Shown: positions 7,824-20,292 of the stretch, one piece after another
How the letters are laid out: each line of letters begins with the position of its first letter
Numbering within the stretch: position 1 is the stretch's first letter
Source of the DNA: Desulfurellaceae bacterium
GTDB taxonomy: Bacteria > Campylobacterota_A > Desulfurellia > Desulfurellales > Hippeaceae
Assembly: GCA_015493995.1 (NCBI GenBank)
Contig: WGCD01000146.1
Coordinates: 3,772 to 67,771 of the forward strand
Direction of reading: 5' to 3'
Length of the DNA stretch: 64,000 nucleotides
The notes under the pieces: model-generated
What the model saw: the letters and a program-made list of their open reading frames with translations, nothing else
What the model was told of the DNA's origin: nothing
Databases searched by the model: none
Position numbers and translations under genes: made by a program

Positions 7824-8159
7824 TCAGGTTGTAAAGCTCATTCTTTTACCGCCCAACAGGTGCATATGCAGATGAAAAACCTCCTGCCCTGAATCCGGCC
7901 CGTTATTTATAACAACCCTGTAGCCGCTTTTGTCTATACCGAGCTTTTTTGCTATTTTATTTGCAATAACAGCCATATCCGCTACCGTACCTTTATTTGA
8001 ATTGTCAATGTCCGATAGGTATTCTATATGTTTTTTCGGAATTATCAATATGTGAACCGGTGCTTTCGGGTTTATGTCTCTAAATGCCAGATAGTTTTCA
8101 TCCTCATACACCTTTTGAGCCGGTATTTTTCCTGCTGCTATATCACAAAAAACACACAT
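7824..8159 (-). CDS. HIT-family nucleotide hydrolase (HinT-like)
   Basis: CVFCDI...AFRDINPKAPVHILIIPKKH...GQEVFHLHMHLLGG (histidine triad HxHxHxx). Confidence 0.9.
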   Translation of the reverse strand: MCVFCDIAAGKIPAQKVYEDENYLAFRDINPKAPVHILIIPKKHIEYLSDIDNSNKGTVADMAVIANKIAKKLGIDKSGYRVVINNGPDSGQEVFHLHMHLLGGKRMSFTT

Positions 8160-8168
8160 AGCCCCCTC

Positions 8169-10373
<2,205 letters not shown>

Positions 10374-10384
<11 letters not shown>

Positions 10385-11501
10385 TGAGAAAAATCTCCAT
10401 CACCTTTTTTATTCCAGCACCGAAATTAAATTCAACGCCCGAGGATTTCAAAGCCATCTCCAAAGTAGAAACTGCCATTAATATATCCGATTTGTCGAAA
10501 TATCCGAGGTGTGCGATTCTTACTATTTTACCTTTTAAGCTGCCTTGACCGTTTGAAACATCAACACCAAAAGATTTCATATACTCTATAACCTTCGTTG
10601 AATCAACGGGTGTTTTTATGGCTGTTAGTGAGTTAGCCGGCTTTTTTGCCAATAATTCTAACCCAAGTGAACTAACGGCTGCCCTTGTGGCTTCAGCCAA
10701 AAGCGTATGCCTTTTAAACACATTTTCCAACCCCTCATCAAGCAGTTTTTTCAAAGCCATGTTCAATCCGTAAATAAGCGTAACGGCAGGTGTATAACTT
10801 CCTCCATCAGATGCCAATTCCTTCAATATATCAAAATAGTAGTACCTGTTTTTTGTCTTTGCAATCATATTTTTGGCTTTTTCACTAACGCTTGTTATCG
10901 ACAAGCCGGGCGGTAGCATAAGAGCTTTTTGTGAGCCCGTTATCATAATATCTATATTCCATAAATCCGTTTTTACATCTATCGCACCGATAGCCGTAAT
11001 ACCGTCAACAACAAAAACAATCTCAGGGAATTTTTCTTTTAACATTAAACCTATCTCGTCAATCGGATGAAAGACTCCCGTTGAGGTTTCGGAAGCCTGC
11101 ATAAAGACGGCTTTTATTTTAGGATTATTTTCTATGGCTTTTTGTATATCCTCTACCTTTGCAAAATCGCCGTATTCGTAGGAAAGCTCAACGGGGTTAG
11201 CCCCGAACGCTCTAATAATTTGTCCCCACCGTTCGCCGAATTTACCGGCAGCAACACTTAAAGCAGTATCGTTTTCGGCAAGGACGTTGGATACCGAAGC
11301 CTCCATAGCCCCCGTTCCGCTTGATGCAAAAATTGCTATATCGTTTTTTGTTTGAAACACACTTTTTACAAGCTCTCTCGTATCTTTGAAAACGCTTTTA
11401 AACTCTTTAGTTCTGTGATGAACAATGGGCTTTGCCATAAGAAGCATAATATCCTCAGGAACAGGCGTCGGTCCGGGCGTCATCAAATATCTTTTAATCA
11501 T
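10374..11501 (-). CDS. Class V pyridoxal-phosphate aminotransferase (serine-pyruvate / alanine-glyoxylate / phosphoserine aminotransferase-like)
   Basis: LMTPGPTPVP N-terminus, SSGTGAMEA, and the ITGSQKAL PLP-lysine motif. Confidence 0.85.
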
Positions 11502-11512
11502 TTTTTACTCCA

Positions 11513-12721
11513 TCACCAATCTACTTTGTCTATATCTCCCAAAACCGTAATATGAAACCTTGCAGGGTCAATCATATCCACAACTTCTGCTATGTCTTCC
11601 ATTGTAACGCTATCGGTTTTTTCTATTATCTTTTCTTCGTCAACATACTCTCCGTATAAAATGTTGTCTATTCCCTGCTTAACCATCGATGCGTAAGAGG
11701 ATTCCAAAGAGAGCATATACGAACCTTTAAAGTATGTTTTTGCCTTGTCGAGTTCCTCTTGCCTCAAGTAGTGTTTTTTTAGTTTCTCTATCTCTTTTTT
11801 TATGCTGTCCAGCAGTTTTTGAGTGTTGTCTTTGTAGGTTCCGGCAAATATATTGAAAATGCCGCCTTTTTGAAACAGTTTTGCGGATGAGGAGATATGG
11901 TAGCATAAGGATTGCTCCTCTCTTATGCTCTGAAACAGCCTGGAGCTCATTGTTCCGCCGAATATGTCGTTTAGAAGGTATGCAGCATACTTTCTTTCGT
12001 CATAAACATCGAACAACTCGCAACCCATAACCACATTTGACTGCTGTATGTCCCTTTTTACCAAATCAACACCATTTTTGAAGGAAAATGTAAGTTCGTT
12101 GTCTTTCGCCTGATTTTCATATTTGCTAAAGAAAAAATCGCCGTCCAAAGAAAAATCTATGTCCTCGATATTTCCGACAGCGGAAATAATCATATTCTCT
12201 TGCTTGTAGTGTTTACCCATAAACTTAAGCAAATCCTCACGCTTATAGTTTGCTATGTGTTCTTTTGTGCCCAAAATGGGTTTTCCGAAACTCCCCGAAA
12301 CGGCATTTTCCATAAATGCGTCAAATACGGCTTCCTCCGGATTATCCTGGGTCATATTGATTTCTTCTATTATTACACCCTTTTCTTTTTCAAGCTCCTT
12401 TTCATCAACAGTCGAATTCAAAAGCATATCCTTCAACACGTCAAATCCGTCATGTATGAAATCTTTGAGTATTCTAATATAGAAACAGGTGTATTCCTTT
12501 GAGGTGAAGGCATTAATAGTGCCGCCGAGTCTGTCTATATCCTCGGCTATCTGTTTGTATGTTCTGTTTTTTGTTCCTTTGAAGAGCATATGCTCTATAA
12601 AATGGGCAAGACCCTGCTCATTTTCATTTTCAAAAGCACTTCCTGCGGGAATAAAAATTCCCACGGAAATGCTTTTTATGTCTCTATTGAGTTTCTTTAT
12701 TTTCATTGAGGGAACCGCCAT
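11513..12721 (-). CDS. M16-family zinc peptidase (pitrilysin/PqqL-like)
   Basis: Inverted zinc motif HFIEHMLFKGT plus the downstream E. Typical position after pnp. An alternative start (MKIKKL, 12706) is possible. Overlaps the pnp 3' end. Confidence 0.85.
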   Translation of the reverse strand: MAVPSMKIKKLNRDIKSISVGIFIPAGSAFENENEQGLAHFIEHMLFKGTKNRTYKQIAEDIDRLGGTINAFTSKEYTCFYIRILKDFIHDGFDVLKDMLLNSTVDEKELEKEKGVIIEEINMTQDNPEEAVFDAFMENAVSGSFGKPILGTKEHIANYKREDLLKFMGKHYKQENMIISAVGNIEDIDFSLDGDFFFSKYENQAKDNELTFSFKNGVDLVKRDIQQSNVVMGCELFDVYDERKYAAYLLNDIFGGTMSSRLFQSIREEQSLCYHISSSAKLFQKGGIFNIFAGTYKDNTQKLLDSIKKEIEKLKKHYLRQEELDKAKTYFKGSYMLSLESSYASMVKQGIDNILYGEYVDEEKIIEKTDSVTMEDIAEVVDMIDPARFHITVLGDIDKVDW

Positions 12722-14804
12722 TCAGCAGTGCCTTATGGCTCAAGGAGATCCTGCCGAATTTATCTATGCCTGTAACCTTAACCTTTATCTTGTCTCCTAC
12801 TTTCAGCTTATCGGATACTTTATCTATTCTTTGAGCGGATATTTGAGAGATGTGAAGCAGTCCGTCCTTGTTCGGTAAAATCTTAACAAACGCACCGTAG
12901 CTCTCTATGCGGGCAACAACGCCCTCAAAAATATCACCCTCTTTAACAACGGTTGTCAATTCTTTGATTTTTGCCACAGCCTCGTCGAGTTTGGAATCTA
13001 TTCCACCGTATATATTAACGGAACCATCTTGAGATATGTCTATTTTAACATTCGTCTGCTCAATTATAGACTTGATGGTTTTTCCGTTTGGACCAATCAA
13101 ATCCTTTATTTTATCCGTATCAACCGTTAGCATCTTTATCTTTGGTGCATATTTTGATAGAGCAGTCCTCGGTTTGTCTATCGTTTCAAGCATCTTGTTT
13201 AGTATAAACAGTCTGGCTTTTTTTGCTTTATCCAGTGCAACCTTCAGCATATCCGCATCAACGCCGCTTATCTTAATGTCCATTTGCAGCGCCGTTATTC
13301 CGTCTTTAGTTCCGGCAACCTTAAAATCCATATCCCCGTAGTGGTCTTCTTCACCGAGAATATCCGTAAGTATGGTATTTGTATCGTTGTAGCTTATAAG
13401 TCCCATTGCAATACCGCTGACGGGTTTTTTAACAGGTACGCCGGCATCCATTAAAGACAACGTGGAACCGCATACGGTCGCCATTGAACTGGAGCCGTTT
13501 GATTCTAAAATATCAGAAACAACCCTTATAGCATAGGGAAATTCTTCCTCTTTGGGTATAATCGGCTCTATTGCCCTTTTTGCAAGATGTCCGTGCCCGA
13601 TTTCTCTTCTGCCGGGCGGTCCCAATCGTTTTACCTCTCCCGTTGAAAACGGAGGAAAGTTGTAGTGCAGCATAAAACGCTCATAGCTCTCTTCGGATAT
13701 GTCGTCTATGATTTGGGCATCCTCTTTTGTCCCAAGCGTCACGGCAACCATAGCTTGTGTTTCTCCTCTTGTGAAAACAGCCGAACCGTGAGCTCTCGGC
13801 AAAACGCCCACCTCGCAGGTTATAGGTCTGATTTCGTCCAACTCTCTTCCGTCAATTCTGATTCCCGTAGAGACTATCTTAGCCCTGACCAGATTTCTGA
13901 CTATATCTTCAAAAGCGGATTTACATTGAGCATCGAGATGTTCCTCTTCCTCAAACTCATTTTTAATCTCTTCGTAGGCTTTATCGAAAATGGAGTCGAT
14001 TTCTTCGTTTCTTTTTTTCTTTTCCTTTATCCCAACGGCTTTTTCCAACTCTTCTTCGACCAAACTCTCCATCTTGTTTACAATTTCAGGCTTAACATCA
14101 ACCGGCTGATACTCCCTTTTCGGTTTTGCAGCTTGAGAAATAAGCTCTTCCTCTATCTCTATCAGCTTGTCTATCTTATTTTTGCCGAACATAATAGCTT
14201 CAACCATCTCTTCTTCGCTCAGCTCGTCCGCACCGGCTTCTATCATATTTATTGCATCTTTTGTGCCGGAGATAACAAGATTAACGGGAGATTCCTTTGT
14301 TTTTTCAACCGGCAAAAACGTGGTAAGTCTTCCGTCATATTTGGATACCCTGACACCGGCAACAGGTCCTAAAAAAGGGATATCCGACAAAGCCAAAGCA
14401 AGTGATGCTGCCATTATGCTTATGATAGCCGGGTCATTGTCCTGGTCTGCACTTATGGTTGTAATGATAACCTGTGTTTCCTGCTTGTAGTCTTTTGGAA
14501 ACAGCGGTCTTATCGTTCTGTCTATAAGGCGGGATATAAGCGTCTCGTGTATGGTGGGTCTGCCTTCCCTTTTAACGAATCCGCCGGGTATTTTCCCGGC
14601 AGCATAAAATTTTTCTTGATAGTTCACCGTTAAAGGGAAAAAATCAAGGAACTCTTCCGGAGGTTCTTTTTTCGATACGGCGGTAGCTAAAACCATCGTA
14701 TCCCCCAGCCTCACGATACAGGCACCGTCAGCCTGCTTTGCATATCTCCCCGTTTCTATTTTCAGGGGAATTCCGTCTATATTTTTTTCTATATAGTAAT
14801 GCAT
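12684..14804 (-). CDS. pnp: Polyribonucleotide nucleotidyltransferase (PNPase)
   Basis: Two RNase PH domains, then KH (IGPNGKTIKSI) and S1 (GDIFEGVVARIESYGAFVKI) domains. Follows rpsO. Confidence 0.97.
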   Translation of the reverse strand: MHYYIEKNIDGIPLKIETGRYAKQADGACIVRLGDTMVLATAVSKKEPPEEFLDFFPLTVNYQEKFYAAGKIPGGFVKREGRPTIHETLISRLIDRTIRPLFPKDYKQETQVIITTISADQDNDPAIISIMAASLALALSDIPFLGPVAGVRVSKYDGRLTTFLPVEKTKESPVNLVISGTKDAINMIEAGADELSEEEMVEAIMFGKNKIDKLIEIEEELISQAAKPKREYQPVDVKPEIVNKMESLVEEELEKAVGIKEKKKRNEEIDSIFDKAYEEIKNEFEEEEHLDAQCKSAFEDIVRNLVRAKIVSTGIRIDGRELDEIRPITCEVGVLPRAHGSAVFTRGETQAMVAVTLGTKEDAQIIDDISEESYERFMLHYNFPPFSTGEVKRLGPPGRREIGHGHLAKRAIEPIIPKEEEFPYAIRVVSDILESNGSSSMATVCGSTLSLMDAGVPVKKPVSGIAMGLISYNDTNTILTDILGEEDHYGDMDFKVAGTKDGITALQMDIKISGVDADMLKVALDKAKKARLFILNKMLETIDKPRTALSKYAPKIKMLTVDTDKIKDLIGPNGKTIKSIIEQTNVKIDISQDGSVNIYGGIDSKLDEAVAKIKELTTVVKEGDIFEGVVARIESYGAFVKILPNKDGLLHISQISAQRIDKVSDKLKVGDKIKVKVTGIDKFGRISLSHKALLNGGSLNENKETQ

Positions 14805-14810
14805 CGGAGA

Positions 14811-15080
14811 TTAACCCTTTAAGCCGAGTTCTTTGACTACCTTCTTATATTCGTCAAATTTGTAGTTCTTCAAATATTTAAGCAGCTTTCTTCTTCTGCC
14901 GACAAGCTTCAAAAGCCCTCTTCTTGAATGGAAATCTTTCGGATGCTCTTTAAAATGTTCCGTTAAATACTTAATTCTCTCTGTCAAAAGGGCTATCTGG
15001 ACACTCGTTGAACCGGTATCACCCTCGTGAGTTCCGAATTTCTGGATTATTTCTTCTTTTTGCTCTTTAACTAAAGACAT
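14811..15080 (-). CDS. rpsO: 30S ribosomal protein S15
   Basis: [51 protein letters not shown]. Confidence 0.97.
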   Translation of the reverse strand: MSLVKEQKEEIIQKFGTHEGDTGSTSVQIALLTERIKYLTEHFKEHPKDFHSRRGLLKLVGRRRKLLKYLKNYKFDEYKKVVKELGLKG

Positions 15081-15152
15081 CTTACACTCCTTAACCTCAA
15101 TTTTTTTCGGTTATAATGTTATATAATATAAGGCTGTTTGTAAAGTGTTTTG

Positions 15153-15527
15153 TTATTTGTGCTCTATTATTTCTTTTTCCGTAACCACATTACTTTTAAT
15201 ATTTTCTATCAATTTCTCGAAGGGTTTGAGTATATTTACCCTCCTGTCCCCCGACAGTATCACATACATAATGTCGTCGCCCACAGACAGTTTTCCCTCG
15301 TTTATCCACACAACGACGCTCTTTACGCCCTTGTTTTCTTTAGCCTTTTTGACAGCTTCAGACAGTTTTTCTTTATCAAAGCTCAGCTCCATAATCGATA
15401 CGCTTTTATTGCCTACTCTCGATGTGCCTCGCACAATACCGTTATGCACAAGTATCATTCCCAGTTCGTCTTTGTTTGTATTCTGTTTGATTTTCTTCAA
15501 CTCGGCATTTAAATCAAATGTCTTCAT
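15153..15527 (-). CDS. MoaE-like (molybdopterin synthase large-subunit fold) small protein, degenerate
   Basis: Aligns by eye to E. coli MoaE over GMILVHNGIVRG...VVVWINEGKLSVGDDIMYVILSGDRR...KSNVVTEKE, but lacks the HRxG motif. I prefer the start MKTFDL (15527), which has GGAG 7 nt upstream, over the ORF-track start 15548. Confidence 0.5.
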   Translation of the reverse strand: MKTFDLNAELKKIKQNTNKDELGMILVHNGIVRGTSRVGNKSVSIMELSFDKEKLSEAVKKAKENKGVKSVVVWINEGKLSVGDDIMYVILSGDRRVNILKPFEKLIENIKSNVVTEKEIIEHK

Positions 15528-16362
15528 AATCGTACTCCGTATGTTCAAAATTAACGAATTTGTATCTGTTTTTCTCCCTCTTTATGAGTTTTTGAGGCTC
15601 AAGAACAATTTTCCCTCCTCCGTTCGGCAAATCGAAAGCAAATGTCGGTACGCACAGCCCGCTTACGTTGCCCCTTAAACTATCCATAACGGATAGGGCT
15701 TTTTCTATTGAAACCCTGAACTTCTCATTTCCTGTGGCAGCATCGCAACCGAAAAGATAGTACGGCTTAACCCCAAGATAGACAAGCCTGCAGAAGAGCT
15801 TTTTAAGTATTTCCGAATTATCGTTAATGTCTTTAAGCAGCACGGTTTGTGATACAACCGGAATGCCTGAATCAACTGTATCTTTTACGGTTTGTTCAAA
15901 CTCAAGGGTTAATTCGTCCGGGTGGTTTATGTGAATTGCAATCCAAATCGGCTTATATTTTTTTAACAGACTTAATGTTTCCTTATTTATACGCATAGGG
16001 TTTGTGCTTAAAACCCTTGTTCCTATTCTTATAACCTCGATGTGTTCTATGCCCCTGACTGCGGCGAGTATCTTTTCAAGCTCTGCATTATTCAAAAAAA
16101 ACGGGTCACCCCCTGATATCAACACCTCTCTTATTTGGGTATGCTGCTTTAAATAGTCAATAGCGCCCTCAAAATCAAAACCCTCAAAATCAAACCAGTT
16201 CTTTTTTCTGAAACAGAATTTACAATACCCGAAACATCTGTTTGTGACGGTTAAAACAACCCTGTCGGGGTATCTGTGAATTAAGCCCTTTGCCTTTGCA
16301 AATGAGGCTTCGTTTAAAGGGTCGTTGAATTTTTGCTTTTTTATCTTATCCGACGGGCTCAT
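15514..16362 (-). CDS. KamA-family radical SAM protein (lysine 2,3-aminomutase / EpmB-like), short form
   Basis: GLIHRYPDRVVLTVTNRCFGYCKFCFRK (CxxxCxxC) and EVLISGGDPF. The start is moved to MSPSDK (16362) because the longer ORF overlaps the divergent gene and its extension is low-complexity. Confidence 0.8.
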   Translation of the reverse strand: MSPSDKIKKQKFNDPLNEASFAKAKGLIHRYPDRVVLTVTNRCFGYCKFCFRKKNWFDFEGFDFEGAIDYLKQHTQIREVLISGGDPFFLNNAELEKILAAVRGIEHIEVIRIGTRVLSTNPMRINKETLSLLKKYKPIWIAIHINHPDELTLEFEQTVKDTVDSGIPVVSQTVLLKDINDNSEILKKLFCRLVYLGVKPYYLFGCDAATGNEKFRVSIEKALSVMDSLRGNVSGLCVPTFAFDLPNGGGKIVLEPQKLIKREKNRYKFVNFEHTEYDYEDI

Positions 16363-16480
16363 AAACTGCTTTTTAATGCCGTCTTTATGAAGTATGGACA
16401 ACAGATAAGGGCTGCTTGCAAAAAACCTTTTTGTATATTTCACAATTAAATAATATAATAGTTTCGAGGAATTTGCAATT

Positions 16481-17122
16481 ATGTGTATTGAATTTAGGAA
16501 TATAGATCTGCTTCGCTTAAAAAAAGTCATACTGAAAGACGTAAATACGGTATTTTCAAAAGGGCTGAATCTGATTTACGGAAGCTCGGGAAGCGGTAAA
16601 ACCTCCCTGCTTAAATTGATAAATCTTTTGATTTCTCCCAGCAAGGGTTCCATTTTTTACAAGGACAAAGACATACAATCCTTCGACATTGCGCGTTGGC
16701 GCAGCATTTGCACATTAACCAACCAAACAACGGTTTTTGCAGAAGGCAGCGTTATGGAAAATATACTTCTGCCGTTTGAGTTTAAAGTGCATAAATTAAA
16801 AACAGCAGACAACAATCTACTTGAAAGTTTGCTTTACAGATTCAACCTGACAAAAGATATACTTGATAAAAACATAAAAAAACTCTCAGGCGGAGAGGCT
16901 CAAAGGATAGCGTTGATAAGAAGCATACTGTTAAAACCGGAAATTTTTCTGTTTGACGAGCCGACCAGCGCACTTGACTACAATACTCAGGAAAATGTAT
17001 TTTCATATTTAAAAGAGTTATCAAAAAAACATATCTGCGTTGTGGCGTCTCATTCAAAAGACGCCAAAAAATATGCGGATTTTATCTTTACGATAGAAGA
17101 AGGGAAGTTGAGAAATGTTTAA
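16481..17122 (+). CDS. ABC transporter ATP-binding protein, FetA/YbbL-like
   Basis: Walker A GSSGSGKTS, signature LSGGEAQR, Walker B IFLFDEPTSALD. Overlaps the downstream UPF0014 permease gene by 8 nt. Confidence 0.8.
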   Translation: MCIEFRNIDLLRLKKVILKDVNTVFSKGLNLIYGSSGSGKTSLLKLINLLISPSKGSIFYKDKDIQSFDIARWRSICTLTNQTTVFAEGSVMENILLPFEFKVHKLKTADNNLLESLLYRFNLTKDILDKNIKKLSGGEAQRIALIRSILLKPEIFLFDEPTSALDYNTQENVFSYLKELSKKHICVVASHSKDAKKYADFIFTIEEGKLRNV

Positions 17123-17882
17123 ACAGATATCGCTTGAAGGCTTGGTAATATCGTATCTGATGCTCATACTTATTATCCTTTTGACACATATTGAAAAACT
17201 TAAAATCACCAAAGATATACTAATATCTTTTTTTAGGATGAGCATTCAGTTGTTTCTTGCCGGTTTTGCCCTTCTTTATGTGTTTAAGGTAAATAACATT
17301 TTTCTCACCACGGCTATATTCGTATCAATGATATTTTTTGCAACGAGAATCGTAATTAGCAGAGCAAAGGTTACAGCCGAAAACTTGAGCCTCTATATTT
17401 TTGTATCTATCCTCATATCAAGCAGCACAATTTTATCTTTTATGCTTTTGGGTATTATTCGATTAAGTCATATGGATGCGAGGTATGTAATTCCTCTTGC
17501 CGGTATGATTATAGGCAATTCTATGAACTCCACGGCTATCGGCATAGAGCGTTTTTTTTCAAAAGCGAAAGACAATAAAGAGCTGATAGAAGATTTTTTA
17601 TGTCTCGGTGCAAATAAACAGGAGGCTTTATCTGTTATCAGAAAAGATGCTTTCTACTCTTCACTTCTGCCTACGCTCTCCTCAGCAAGCGGTATGGGCA
17701 TCGTATTTTTGCCGGGTATGATGACAGGACAGATACTCTCAGGCATAAACCCGATAGAATCGGTCAATTATCAGATAACCATAGTGATTGCCATTGCAAC
17801 ATCCGTAACAATTTCAAACTTCCTTATACTGAGAATGGTAGGAAAAAGTGTTATTAACAAAAATATTCAATTAATTACTTAA
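17115..17882 (+). CDS. FetB/YbbM-like (UPF0014) ABC permease, putative iron export
   Basis: Polytopic membrane protein of the size and pattern of the YbbM family (PLAGMIIGNSMN, GMMTGQILSG), paired with a YbbL-like ATPase. Confidence 0.65.
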   Translation: MFKQISLEGLVISYLMLILIILLTHIEKLKITKDILISFFRMSIQLFLAGFALLYVFKVNNIFLTTAIFVSMIFFATRIVISRAKVTAENLSLYIFVSILISSSTILSFMLLGIIRLSHMDARYVIPLAGMIIGNSMNSTAIGIERFFSKAKDNKELIEDFLCLGANKQEALSVIRKDAFYSSLLPTLSSASGMGIVFLPGMMTGQILSGINPIESVNYQITIVIAIATSVTISNFLILRMVGKSVINKNIQLIT

Positions 17883-17906
17883 ATGAATTTAATAAATTTA
17901 TTCTCA

Positions 17907-17935
17907 TTGACAGATGCTAAAAAAAATTTTAAAAT
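17907..17935 (+). promoter_or_regulatory. Putative sigma70-type promoter of maeB (-35 TTGACA / 17 nt / -10 TAAAAT)
   Basis: Consensus -35 at 17907..17912, -10 at 17930..17935, about 30 nt upstream of the GGAGG SD. Confidence 0.55.
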
Positions 17936-17966
17936 TAATTAGTGAAAATTTTTAGGAGGATTGCAG

Positions 17967-20261
17967 ATGGAAAATCTCAAAGAAAAAGCTTTAAAATATC
18001 ACTCAATGGGAAGACCCGGCAAGGTGGAGGTTAGGGTCACAAAACCGTTTAACACGCAGGAAGATTTGTCTTTGGCATATACACCCGGAGTGGCGGATGT
18101 ATGCCTTGAGGTGGAAAAAAACCCCCAGGATGCATACAAATATACAGCAAAAGGCAATCTCGTTGCCGTTATTTCAAACGGGACGGCTGTTTTGGGTTTG
18201 GGTAACATAGGCGCTTTGGCATCAAAACCTGTTATGGAGGGAAAAGGTAACTTATTTAAGAACTTCGCAGATGTTGATGTCTTTGATATAGAGATAGACG
18301 AAACAGACCCGGATAAAATAGTCGATATAGTCAGGGCTCTTGAGCCCACATTCGGAGCCGTAAACTTAGAAGATATAAAGGCACCGGAGTGCTTCTATAT
18401 TGAAGAAGAATTGAGAAAGAGATGTAACATCCCCATATTCCACGATGACCAGCACGGTACAGCCGTTATCAGCGGTGCCGCTCTGCTCAACGCATTGGAG
18501 ATAACCGGCAAAGAGATATCGCAATGCAAACTTGTCGTAAACGGTGCCGGTGCTGCGGGTATAGCCTGTGCAAAGTTCTTTGTTACCCTCGGAATAAAAA
18601 AAGAGAATGTCTATATGATTGACTCAAAAGGCGTTATTTATAAAGGCAGAAAAGAGGGAATGAATAAATATAAAGAATTTTTTGCAAACGACACAGATGC
18701 AAGAACATTAGAGGATGCAATTAAGGGTGCGGATATATTCCTCGGTGTTTCAAAAGCCGATATTTTAACCGAAGATATGGTTAAATCTATGAAAGATAAC
18801 CCAATTATTTTTGCAATGGCAAACCCCAATCCCGAAATTACATACGACAAGGCTGTTCACGCAAATCCGAACGTTATAATGGGAACAGGCAGGAGCGACT
18901 ATCCGAACCAGATAAATAACGTTTTGGCTTTTCCGTTTTTGTTCAGAGGAGCTTTGGATACGAGGGCAACACAGATTAACGATGAGATGATGATGGCTGC
19001 GGCAAGAGCATTGGCACAGCTTGCAAAAGAAGATGTGCCCGAGAGCGTACTAAAGGCATACGGTGTTGAAAATTTGAAATTCGGAAGAGAATATATCTTG
19101 CCTAAGCCTTTCGACCCTAGAGCCCTCGTGTATGTTGCGCCGGCAGTTGCGCAGGCTGCAATAGATTCGGGTGTTGCGCAGATAGATAGTTTTGATATAA
19201 ATAGCTACAAAGGGCAGCTGCTTGAAAGACTGGATAAAACCAAAGCTGTCACGCACTATATCTACAACAAGGCGAAAAGTGACCCGAAAAAGGTTGTTTT
19301 TACGGAAACTACAGACCCCAATATACTAAGAGCCGTTCAGGATTCTATTGAGGAGGGCATTGTAAAACCTATATTCGTCGGTGCAAGAAGCTACACAAAA
19401 GAAGATGTGCTGCAGAGAATAAAGGAAATCGGACTAAAAGAGTCTATGCTTGAGCATATTGAATTTATTGACCCGATATATTTTGACAAAACGGATGAGT
19501 ATGCAGAGGAAATCTTTAGAGAAAGAGCAAGAAAAGGCTTAACAAGAAAAGAAGCTGATTATCTTATGAGGCATAGGCCTAATTTCTTCGCCGCTATGCT
19601 TGTTAAAAAGGGAGATGCAGACTCAATGATAGTGGGCGAAACCTACAACTATCCGGCTGTCGTCAGACCGGTTTTGCAGGTTGCCGATAAAGCGGATAAA
19701 GAGAGTGTTGTCGCAGGACTCTATGTTATGATTATCAATAATAAAATATATGTCTTCGGAGATACTACAATAAATGTAAATCCGTCAAGCGAGCAGCTGG
19801 CAGTTATAGCTAAAGAGGCTGCTCACTTCTATCAGGATTTGACGGATAAAGAGCCTGTAGTATCCATATTGTCATTCTCCAACTTTGGAAGCAACAATCA
19901 GGCTGAAGCAAAGAAAATAAGAGATACCGTAAGAATTATCAAAGAAAAATATCCTGAATTGACGGTTGACGGTGAGATGCAGGCTAATATTGCAGTTGAC
20001 AGAGAATTGAGGGATAAATTTTACCCCTTCAACGAGCTTGCCGGTAAAGACACGAATGTAATTATTTTCCCGGATTTGAACTCCGGCAATATAGCATACA
20101 AACTGCTCTACAAGATGGGCGGTGCTTATCCGATTGGACCTATTCTTGTAGGGTTGAAGCAGTCAGCTCATGTTCTTGAGATGGGCTCCAGTTCAAATAT
20201 GATAAAGGATATGATTGCGTTAGCTGTATTTGATGCTCAGAGAAAGAAAAAAGAACAATAA
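17967..20261 (+). CDS. maeB: NADP-dependent malic enzyme with C-terminal phosphotransacetylase-like domain
   Basis: [35 protein letters not shown] motifs, followed by a ~330-aa PTA-like domain. The ATG at 17967 sits 7 nt after GGAGG; the track starts 6 nt earlier at TTG. Confidence 0.93.
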   Translation: MENLKEKALKYHSMGRPGKVEVRVTKPFNTQEDLSLAYTPGVADVCLEVEKNPQDAYKYTAKGNLVAVISNGTAVLGLGNIGALASKPVMEGKGNLFKNFADVDVFDIEIDETDPDKIVDIVRALEPTFGAVNLEDIKAPECFYIEEELRKRCNIPIFHDDQHGTAVISGAALLNALEITGKEISQCKLVVNGAGAAGIACAKFFVTLGIKKENVYMIDSKGVIYKGRKEGMNKYKEFFANDTDARTLEDAIKGADIFLGVSKADILTEDMVKSMKDNPIIFAMANPNPEITYDKAVHANPNVIMGTGRSDYPNQINNVLAFPFLFRGALDTRATQINDEMMMAAARALAQLAKEDVPESVLKAYGVENLKFGREYILPKPFDPRALVYVAPAVAQAAIDSGVAQIDSFDINSYKGQLLERLDKTKAVTHYIYNKAKSDPKKVVFTETTDPNILRAVQDSIEEGIVKPIFVGARSYTKEDVLQRIKEIGLKESMLEHIEFIDPIYFDKTDEYAEEIFRERARKGLTRKEADYLMRHRPNFFAAMLVKKGDADSMIVGETYNYPAVVRPVLQVADKADKESVVAGLYVMIINNKIYVFGDTTINVNPSSEQLAVIAKEAAHFYQDLTDKEPVVSILSFSNFGSNNQAEAKKIRDTVRIIKEKYPELTVDGEMQANIAVDRELRDKFYPFNELAGKDTNVIIFPDLNSGNIAYKLLYKMGGAYPIGPILVGLKQSAHVLEMGSSSNMIKDMIALAVFDAQRKKKEQ

Positions 20262-20292
20262 TGTTTTTTATATTTTTTTAGGAGGTGTTGTT

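Noticed and set aside
13665-14372. 235-aa plus-strand ORF.
   Set aside because: It is antisense to pnp (PNPase), has low complexity and contains no motif. It is a shadow ORF.
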